NCBI GenBank assembly: GCA_964360585.1
Contig: CAYHXC010000006.1
Location: 8,256-72,255 of the forward strand
Origin: an uncultured Candidatus Saccharibacteria bacterium
Lineage (GTDB): Bacteria > Patescibacteriota > Minisyncoccia > UBA6257 > 2-01-FULL-56-20
DNA: 64,000 bases
Direction of reading: 5' to 3'
Shown here one piece after another: positions 57,333 through 64,000 of the stretch. The notes below the pieces were generated by a model. The model saw only the letters and a program-made list of their open reading frames with translations, ran no database searches and had not been told where the DNA came from. The position numbers and the translations under genes were made by a program. How positions within the stretch are numbered: position 1 is the stretch's first letter; every line of letters starts with the position of its first letter.

Positions 57333-57788
57333 ATGACCATTACCAGCCCGATTTTCCAAAGCAACGAATATCTCCACGAGCGGTTCACCTGTGACGGTCA
57401 GGATAAAAATCCACCGCTCCATATTGGCGAGGTGCCGCAAACGGCAAAGAGTTTAGTTTTAATTGTGGACGATCCGGACGCGCCGGAGGGAAATTTCACG
57501 CATTGGTTACTTTGGAATATTTCGCCGGAAACAAAAGAAATTGATGAGGGGAAAAATCCCGATGGAAGCGTCGAAGGAAAAAACGGATCGGGGAGTGTTG
57601 GGTATATGGGACCGTGTCCGCCAATCGGCCGCGCCCATCACTATCAGTTTAAATTATTTGCACTCGATACTGTTTTAGATCTCGCGCCAGGCGCGCGCCA
57701 GTCCGAGGTTGAGTCGGTTATCCACAAACACATTCTAGAATCCGCCCAGCTCGTCGGTCTCTACGCCCGAAGCGCCATTCCGCGATAA
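57333..57788 (+). CDS. YbhB/YbcL family PEBP (Raf-kinase-inhibitor-like) protein
   Basis: TITSPIF...FTCDGQDKNPPL...SLVLIVDDPDAPEGNFTHWLLWNI...GYMGPCPPIGRAHHYQFKLFALD. Confidence 0.85.
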   Translation: MTITSPIFQSNEYLHERFTCDGQDKNPPLHIGEVPQTAKSLVLIVDDPDAPEGNFTHWLLWNISPETKEIDEGKNPDGSVEGKNGSGSVGYMGPCPPIGRAHHYQFKLFALDTVLDLAPGARQSEVESVIHKHILESAQLVGLYARSAIPR

Positions 57789-57808
57789 TTGACATTTTGT
57801 AATAATTA

Positions 57809-58120
57809 TTGTACAAAGAAGCAAGAAAGGAAAAATGTATGGAAGTATTCGAACTGACCGAGGTAGTCGGTGAGGAGTCACCATTTCGGAGCTGGGGACT
57901 GATCATATTCCTGTCATTGCTTGTGCCGTTGGCAGGGTATGCTGTCTATGAGGGAGTAGCACATCTGGTTCTCATTTGGGGCAGTCCCGGCGATCAAAAA
58001 TACTTTGCAGGGGGCGGAGTATTTTTTGCAATCTTCGTGTTTTTCGGGCTGATGGGCACAATCCGGCGCGACTTCAGAAAGCCGCCTCGACCCAGAAAGA
58101 AAAAACGCAGTTCCCCCTAG
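57809..58120 (+). CDS. small membrane protein with a basic C-terminus
   Basis: Two TM helices. Terminator GCCGACACACACCAGTGTCGGC followed by T8 at 58127-58157. Confidence 0.4.
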   Translation: MYKEARKEKCMEVFELTEVVGEESPFRSWGLIIFLSLLVPLAGYAVYEGVAHLVLIWGSPGDQKYFAGGGVFFAIFVFFGLMGTIRRDFRKPPRPRKKKRSSP

Positions 58121-58350
58121 TCATCAGCCGACACACACCAGTGTCGGCTTTTTTTTATTTTCCCCCACATTCATTGACCTTAAATATGAAGAAGAGTATA
58201 AAAGGTTTATATGTGCACTATTAATTTTTGGTCCATACTTCTGAATATCGTCACTGTTATCGCTTTATTGGTTTTAGTTTTCGTGGCTATCCCGCGACGG
58301 ATTGGTAAGCGGAAGAAATAAAAAACCTCGTCGAGTAAAGACTCGCGAGG

Positions 58351-58677
58351 TTACTTGTGGTCTTTTGGACAGACCTGGTGGCGTGGCAGTTTGATGCCGG
58401 TGATCTTGTGATTCGCGCAGGCCTCGAGAAAGGCTATGCGGGCGGTTTTTTCTACAGCACGTGCCAGTGCTGCCGGGGTAATGAGATACTGTTGCATCTG
58501 TTCCTCGGACGCGATCTGGGTGGCTTCAATAGGAGTCCCGGAATTGCACAACGGGAGATCGAAGCCGACGGGCGGTTTTACCAGTTGTCCATTCTGCTGA
58601 ACGGAGAATTCATGCAACTCGTTACTTTTCGCGCTGCCCCCCGAGTTGCGCACGATGTAAAGCATCAGTCCAAACAT
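58351..58677 (-). CDS. hypothetical protein
   Basis: On the minus strand: TTGACT-N17-TAGAAT promoter, AAGGAGGAGGG RBS, ATG (MFGLML...). Confidence 0.5.
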   Translation of the reverse strand: MFGLMLYIVRNSGGSAKSNELHEFSVQQNGQLVKPPVGFDLPLCNSGTPIEATQIASEEQMQQYLITPAALARAVEKTARIAFLEACANHKITGIKLPRHQVCPKDHK

Positions 58678-58968
58678 ACCTACACCCTCCTCCTTGTGTT
58701 CTAAAAATATTCTAAATCTCAATTTCCTATAAAGTCAATGTGCGCGATGTAATGCCATTGACACTCGTGAGGCGGAGTGTACACTTAAAATGTAATGACT
58801 TCACTCATGAGTACCGCCATCTCGCTCCTGTCCGCACTGCTTCTTGGACTTCTTTTGCTTACTCTTACCCATCGGCGAGGAGGTTATCTGAAATATTAAG
58901 AAAAAATAATCAGAAAGAACAAAACCTCCCGCCGCGGAGGTTTTTTGCTTGTAGCTTGAAGATTTTTT

Positions 58969-59610
58969 ATGAAGTTCGTAAGAAATCTTCAGGCCATAAT
59001 GTCTGGCCAGCTATTTGAAATAACCCATAGTGTCTTGGAGAAAGGGAGCGGTGGTATGGTGGAATCATTGGTATCACGATGCAGTTCGGGCGTTAGGCTG
59101 ACAACCGGAGTTTATCATAGGGAGATGGTCAGTTTGGCTCTCGGTAAAGCGGTGGAAGCGGAATTTCGTCGAGGCGTGTGGAAAGGGCACATTCGGGTGG
59201 TAGAGGAAGATGGTTTGCGTCTTGTCGGGGATCTCTCTGACCGGCGCGTGGCCATCAATTTCTATACTAATGGCGTGGGGGTGAATGATCTGTCTAATCC
59301 GCCACACCAAGAGGTGCTCGCACTGATCAATCGAATTCTCTATGCCTTAACGGAGTCGGAGCTGTGTGTCGGAGATCCGGAGCGTTCTCTCCTCACCTTC
59401 GGAAAAGGAGCCCTACTGGACCTGGGTCCAGAGGAAAGATTCCGAGCCATCTGCTTGGTCTATCTGGCCATCTGGAAACAGACCCGATCACGAGTGGCCA
59501 GAACAGTTCTCGAACAGCTGATCCGGATCTATCCCGAAGCGGCCTCCCTCAGAAGATTGCCGCTTGCAAGGGTCAAAGCGCTTTACGAAGCAGCTTCATT
59601 CTGCGAATAA
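58969..59610 (+). CDS. hypothetical protein
   Basis: ORF track. GC-richer. Confidence 0.4.
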   Translation: MKFVRNLQAIMSGQLFEITHSVLEKGSGGMVESLVSRCSSGVRLTTGVYHREMVSLALGKAVEAEFRRGVWKGHIRVVEEDGLRLVGDLSDRRVAINFYTNGVGVNDLSNPPHQEVLALINRILYALTESELCVGDPERSLLTFGKGALLDLGPEERFRAICLVYLAIWKQTRSRVARTVLEQLIRIYPEAASLRRLPLARVKALYEAASFCE

Positions 59611-59685
59611 CACATTCGCAGATTTTTATTTGACAGCCGAATATGAGTTCACTACTATCAAATCGCAATCATATAATTTGGTTCT

Positions 59686-60306
59686 TTGAAAATAGAGTGG
59701 GGAGAGTGGGTAATGAAGAGGCCAATGTTCGAGTCTGATCAAGAAAAGAATTTTCGAGCCTGGGTCCGTTTTTGGGTTTTTCACAACCATGGCACAAGCG
59801 AGGAGTTTGAACCTCTGGTGCCGATCGTCGCGAAAAATCCGATTGATGAACCACCGTATCTCGTGATTCCTCCAAGGCCACCAGTGATTGATTGGGAAAA
59901 TCTCATGTGGTCTGTCCGAATGGGTAATGGACCGGGGCTGGCCGCAGAGAACATGAAAAGCCCGAATGTGGTTAGTGACCAGGTTCAGATTCCGACGAAA
60001 CCCTACCTGATGAGGGGATTTAAGAAGGGGGGTGAGTGCTCCGGACTCACATCTGAGGAATCCCAGGAAAAACTGCGAAGAGCGCATAAGTTGGGATTGA
60101 CCGCTTTCGAGTTTGTGGTGTGCGCTATGCTCGTATCATTTTTTCAAGAGTATTCGGGCATTATCTCTTCCGAGTCACGGGTTAATGGCCACTTGTTCCC
60201 GGCCATCTATCTCCTTGGAGAGACACCGATGCTGCGCGGGCTACCTGACGGATCAGAACTACTCCCATTCGCGGTTCCGTATTGCGAGGAACGCATTTCA
60301 TACTAG
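59686..60306 (+). CDS. hypothetical protein
   Basis: ORF track. GC-richer. Confidence 0.4.
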   Translation: MKIEWGEWVMKRPMFESDQEKNFRAWVRFWVFHNHGTSEEFEPLVPIVAKNPIDEPPYLVIPPRPPVIDWENLMWSVRMGNGPGLAAENMKSPNVVSDQVQIPTKPYLMRGFKKGGECSGLTSEESQEKLRRAHKLGLTAFEFVVCAMLVSFFQEYSGIISSESRVNGHLFPAIYLLGETPMLRGLPDGSELLPFAVPYCEERISY

Positions 60307-60404
60307 GCCAACTACTTCGGTAGGAGGCCTTTTTTATTTCTCAAAATAGGGGAGTCGCTATGCTATAATGAAGGTACTAGGACTCTAAAGGTCGAGTTTT
60401 CCTC

Positions 60405-60626
60405 TTGTATACTATGAAAGCATTACACATGGTTGCGTTCACCCTTCTTGCAGTCGGAGGGCTGAACTGGTTGGCTTTGGCTCTGACTGGTTGGGATATT
60501 AGCCAGTTGTTTGGCGGACCAGAAACCACCATTGCGAAGGCGATCTATATCTTGGTCGGCCTCTCGGCGATTTCGGAGTTGGCGACCCACAAGCAGAACT
60601 GTCGCCGGTGCACTATGCCGGCGTAG
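60405..60626 (+). CDS. DUF378 family small membrane protein
   Basis: MKALHMVAFTLLAVGGLNWLALALTGWDISQLFGG matches the DUF378 N-terminus (…IGGLNWGL…). Confidence 0.7.
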   Translation: MYTMKALHMVAFTLLAVGGLNWLALALTGWDISQLFGGPETTIAKAIYILVGLSAISELATHKQNCRRCTMPA

Positions 60627-60647
60627 TAGGTTTTTAAGAATACAGTA

Positions 60648-60715
60648 TGTCATTGCGAGCTCCACAAGGAGCGTGGCAATCTAAAGAGAAACGGCGTGAG
60701 GCCGTTTTTCTTTTT
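60648..60715. repeat. REP-like half element (R6) fused to a terminator hairpin
   Basis: tGTCATTGCGAGctccacaaggagcgtgGCAATCTaaagagAAACGGCgtgagGCCGTTTttcttttt. Confidence 0.8.
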
Positions 60716-60759
60716 ACTCATAGGTTTACGATCGTTATAAAGTAATTTAAGATTGCGTT

Positions 60760-61080
60760 ATGAGCATGGAATCAAAAGAGCGGTTTAACGATAAAAAGGT
60801 AATCCACCCAATTATTCTCAAGATTTTTTCCAACGATGAAACAAGAGTGGTCGAGGAGATCAAAAAACCTGATGAGATCAGGTTTCTCTTAGAGGGGGCC
60901 TGGCTTACGCCAGAGAGGGTAGTGGGTCGATTTAAGGAAAGGGGATTCACCGAAGAAGAGGCGCATGAGTATATAGATGCACTTCCGGTCCAACAGAAGG
61001 AACCCATCGTTATACGTATTACCGAAAAACAAAGAGGTATCGCTGACTATTTAATACGGCAAGCTGCTGAGAATATTTGA
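60760..61080 (+). CDS. hypothetical protein
   Basis: ORF track. Confidence 0.4.
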   Translation: MSMESKERFNDKKVIHPIILKIFSNDETRVVEEIKKPDEIRFLLEGAWLTPERVVGRFKERGFTEEEAHEYIDALPVQQKEPIVIRITEKQRGIADYLIRQAAENI

Positions 61081-61124
61081 GACTCCTATTCTTTCCAAAA
61101 ATACTGTAGTACACTCGAACCCAT

Positions 61125-62129
61125 ATGGGTAAAAAACTTTCGATTGGTATTGTCGGTTTGCCGAATGTGGGGAAGTCCACCCTTTTTAAAGCGCTCACCA
61201 ACCAAGACATTACGATTGCCAACTATCCGTTCGCGACGATTGATCCGAATGTGGGGATTGTGCCAGTGCCGGATGAACGACTCCAGGCATTAACCGATTT
61301 GAGCAAATCTAAAAAAACCATTCCGGCCGTGGTGGAATTTTACGACATCGCCGGCTTAGTGAAGGGCGCCAATAAGGGCGAAGGATTAGGCAACCAGTTT
61401 TTGTCGCATATCCGCGACACCCAGGCGATCGTGGTTGTACTTCGAGTATTTAAAGATGACACGGTGATCCACGTTGAAAACTCCGTTGATCCGATTCGAG
61501 ATATGGATATTATTACCGGCGAGTTGATGCTCAAAGATCTGGAAACAGTGGAAAAGCGTTTAAGCTCATTAGAAAAAGAAGCGCGAGCAGGGGATAAAGC
61601 CGCCGTGCATAATCAAGAAGTTCTAAATCAAGTTCGAGAAACTATTTCTGAGGGACGGTTGATTACCGATCTGGCCGAAGAGGATGTCGTGAAAGAACTC
61701 CAACTCCTTTCCGCGAAAAAACAATTTTATTTATTGAACGGCCAGCCCGAAGAGGTTCCGCATGACTTGGCGGAAAAAATTATCGCGCTCGGCGCGGAGT
61801 ATGTTGCGCTCGATCTTTCCGATGCTCAAGGTGCTTTGCCGCAACTCGTCGCCAAGGCGTATGTCATTCTCGATCTTATTAGTTTCTTTACGACTGGTGA
61901 GGATGAAACACGGGCCTGGACGATTACGCGAGGAACATTAGCGCCGGAAGCAGCCGGAACGATTCACACTGACTTTGAACAAAGGTTTATTCGAGCTGAA
62001 GTCGTGCCGTATGACAAGCTCGTCGAGGCCAAGGGTTGGGCTGGCGCCAAGCAAAAGGGCTGGATGCGTCTTGAAGGCAAGGAATATATGATGCAGGACG
62101 GTGACGTCATTGTCGTTCGGCACGGCTAG
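61125..62129 (+). CDS. ychF: ribosome-binding ATPase YchF (Obg-like), short form
   Basis: IGIVGLPNVGKSTLFKALT...YPFATIDPNVG, a TGS-like C-terminus ...GKEYMMQDGDVIVVRHG. 334 aa. Confidence 0.9.
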   Translation: MGKKLSIGIVGLPNVGKSTLFKALTNQDITIANYPFATIDPNVGIVPVPDERLQALTDLSKSKKTIPAVVEFYDIAGLVKGANKGEGLGNQFLSHIRDTQAIVVVLRVFKDDTVIHVENSVDPIRDMDIITGELMLKDLETVEKRLSSLEKEARAGDKAAVHNQEVLNQVRETISEGRLITDLAEEDVVKELQLLSAKKQFYLLNGQPEEVPHDLAEKIIALGAEYVALDLSDAQGALPQLVAKAYVILDLISFFTTGEDETRAWTITRGTLAPEAAGTIHTDFEQRFIRAEVVPYDKLVEAKGWAGAKQKGWMRLEGKEYMMQDGDVIVVRHG

Positions 62130-62191
62130 TTGACGAAAAGATAAGAAATCAGTACGATAATTCTCGGTTCCACTTTAATTAAGGAGGATGT

Positions 62192-62587
62192 GTGGCCGTA
62201 TTAAAAAGAAGGAAATCGCGAAGGGGAAGGACGGAAACGGAAAGGAAGTGCAAATTTACGCTTGATCTCAGGCGAGATTCTCGTGAGGTCCAAGATAGCG
62301 CAAGGGGAAATGATGAGTTTTCTCTTGCGCTCGAGCGAAAAGCTACAGAGACGCCCTTGCAAAAGAGAGATCGAATTTGTGCTATCGTTCTATCCATCGT
62401 CTCTGGCAAGAAAGAGAAAGTGTTTCTCATTGTTCGGGAAGTCAGTGCAGAGGAGCCTCTTCATCATCAGTCTCCTCGGGCCGAGGTGACAACTGTCGCC
62501 CGGGTGAAATTTCAGAGGATCACCAGTATCGCAGAGCAAGATACGAGGAGTCGGGAGAAACGACTTCTTAAGAATACGAATAAGTAG
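62192..62587 (+). CDS. doubtful ORF (basic, low complexity); the region may be non-coding
   Basis: ORF track only. It ends at a hairpin plus T-run shared with recR. Confidence 0.15.
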   Translation: MAVLKRRKSRRGRTETERKCKFTLDLRRDSREVQDSARGNDEFSLALERKATETPLQKRDRICAIVLSIVSGKKEKVFLIVREVSAEEPLHHQSPRAEVTTVARVKFQRITSIAEQDTRSREKRLLKNTNK

Positions 62588-62615
62588 CCGCAGAGGGATC
62601 ACCTCTTCGGCTTTT

Positions 62616-63239
62616 TTATTTCCCGTTTTTGGTGGAGCGGCCGCGAAGCGATTCACCAAGGGTCTCATCGTCAGCAAACTCAATCTCGGCGCCGCGAGGC
62701 AAGCCGGTGGCCAAGCGCGATATTTTGAGCGTCATTGGGGCCAGTTCTTTTTTTATTATTTCGGCATAAAAATCGCCGTAGCGGGTCGGACTTAAAGCCA
62801 GAATAATTTCCTCGGCTTTGGCGTCCAAGTTTTTTTCGATGTGCGTTTTTAAGCTCTGTAAGCGCAAGCGTTGAGCTTCGGACATGATGCCGGATTGTTC
62901 GAAATTTCCGGTAAGAAAATAACGGCCGGTGTAGTTTCTGGTATTTTCAAGCGCCAGAAGATCAGTCTCTTTTTCCACGATGGCAATTACTTTCTGATTC
63001 CGGCTTGGGTCGCGGCAGATATCGCAAAGACCGTCGGCGTTCATATGGTAAAAAAAACACTGACGGCAGGTTTTGATCGCCATGAGATCGTTCACAGCCT
63101 TCGAGAGGTGGGCTAGGTTATTTTTTCCCTCCTGGACAAGATGAAACGCTAAGCGAATGGCTTGGCGCGGGCCAATTGACGGCAGTCGGGTCAGCTGGTC
63201 AGCCAGTTCTTTCATCGGACGCGGAAGGTAATCTTTCAT
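62616..63239 (-). CDS. recR: recombination protein RecR
   Basis: HhH LPSIGPRQAIRLAFHL, C4 zinc finger C..C...C..C, Toprim region. Confidence 0.9.
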   Translation of the reverse strand: MKDYLPRPMKELADQLTRLPSIGPRQAIRLAFHLVQEGKNNLAHLSKAVNDLMAIKTCRQCFFYHMNADGLCDICRDPSRNQKVIAIVEKETDLLALENTRNYTGRYFLTGNFEQSGIMSEAQRLRLQSLKTHIEKNLDAKAEEIILALSPTRYGDFYAEIIKKELAPMTLKISRLATGLPRGAEIEFADDETLGESLRGRSTKNGK

Positions 63240-63370
63240 ACAAATAAGTTTTTATATTGAAACGATGATGCACTATATCCAAGGCTTAATTGAGCACCGC
63301 AAATGAACTGTATTTGAGATACAGCGAATGCGGAGCGGAAATTGTAACGCAGGAGAGAGTGCATCAGTAT

Positions 63371-64000
63371 TTAAAGATCCGGTTCGCCAAAACGTTTCTC
63401 CACTGTCCGGAAACTCGCGTGTTCCTGATCGAATTTAAACTGGACCACACCCAAAGGACCGTTGCGGTGTTTGGCGATAATAATTTGCGCCAGCCCCTGT
63501 TCGTCCGGCGGAACCTCTTCCGGCTTCTTTCCTTTATCCTTGCGGTGAATAAACATAACCACGTCCGCGTCCTGTTCGATACTGCCTGAATCGCGAAGAT
63601 CGGCGAGGCGCGGTGTGCCATCCTCGCGGCTTTCGACGCCGCGCGACAGCTGGGAAAGAGCAAGGACGGGAATATTCAGCTCGCGCGCTAGGGATTTTAA
63701 ACCGCGAGAAATTTCCGTTACCTGACTGACCACATTGTCTGACTTCGTTCGCGGAGTGATAAGCTGGAGGTAATCAATAATTAAAAGATCGAGACCACGA
63801 TCAGCTTGGAGTCGCCGCGCCATCGAGCGCATCTGCATAATGTTCGGTGAGGGTGTGTCATCGATGTAAATATTTGGCGTGGAGAGACGGCTTAAAGAAC
63901 CTTGAATCGCTTCGAACTCAAAGTCGTCGGTAATGCGTCCCGTGCGGATTTTCCAGAGCGGGACCTGTGAGTCGGAAGAAATCAGACGGTCAACCACCTG
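63371..64000 (-). CDS. dnaB: replicative DNA helicase DnaB (C-terminal part; the gene continues beyond the window)
   Basis: The RecA-like C-terminal domain LLIIDYLQL, ...SQLSRGVESR..., ...GPLGVVQFKFD matches the DnaB C-terminus. Confidence 0.9.
   Translation of the reverse strand, partial: QVVDRLISSDSQVPLWKIRTGRITDDFEFEAIQGSLSRLSTPNIYIDDTPSPNIMQMRSMARRLQADRGLDLLIIDYLQLITPRTKSDNVVSQVTEISRGLKSLARELNIPVLALSQLSRGVESREDGTPRLADLRDSGSIEQDADVVMFIHRKDKGKKPEEVPPDEQGLAQIIIAKHRNGPLGVVQFKFDQEHASFRTVEKRFGEPDL

Noticed and set aside
62140-62600. Possible structured RNA (tmRNA, RNase P or SRP RNA) in the 450-bp gap before recR
   Set aside because: None of the conserved motifs were found: tmRNA tag or T-arm, RNase P P4, or SRP domain IV. 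Only a terminal hairpin terminator was seen.

Overview
The window is a gene-dense bacterial chromosome segment of about 50% GC. An archaeal-type class I lysyl-tRNA synthetase, shortened AlaRS, RF1 and YchF, a fused CdaA-YbbR, and abundant extragenic palindromes suggest a reduced-genome, possibly CPR/Patescibacteria-like lineage, but that placement is inference. Conserved housekeeping genes are clearly recognisable: lysK (class I), lepA, dnaG-rpoD, alaS, a release-factor-1 homolog lacking domain 1, rsmE, queA, tig, uvrB, nfo, cdaA, ychF, recR and the 3' part of dnaB. Also present are an ABC-3 metal transporter pair, LemA, a SIMPL protein, FKBP, an AI-2E transporter, a CPA2/RCK antiporter, a pentapeptide-repeat protein, a class I/II aminotransferase, PEBP, a 3D-domain protein, a tRNA-binding protein, a PCD/DCoH dehydratase, two tandem receiver-only response regulators and two tandem NYN-domain proteins. 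One tRNA-Gly(CCC) sits in an unusual context of tRNA-like half fragments and nested inverted repeats. Next to it, a 98-bp near-perfect inverted-repeat pair brackets a 2.5-kb cassette of two exported cell-surface proteins. Further structure includes a modular repeat family (6 copies in the first 3 kb), a REP-like palindrome family (GTCATTGCGAG...GTGGCAATCT, 6 copies), diverged remnants of the alaS 3' end and the prfA 5' end lying beside the intact genes, GC-richer insert-like gene pairs with their own promoters and terminators, and two giant secreted repeat proteins (He_PIG-like repeats with a poly-Gly linker; a Thr/Pro-rich protein with Cys modules and a dockerin-like C-terminus). Coordinates of features I located by hand may be off by 1-2 bp.
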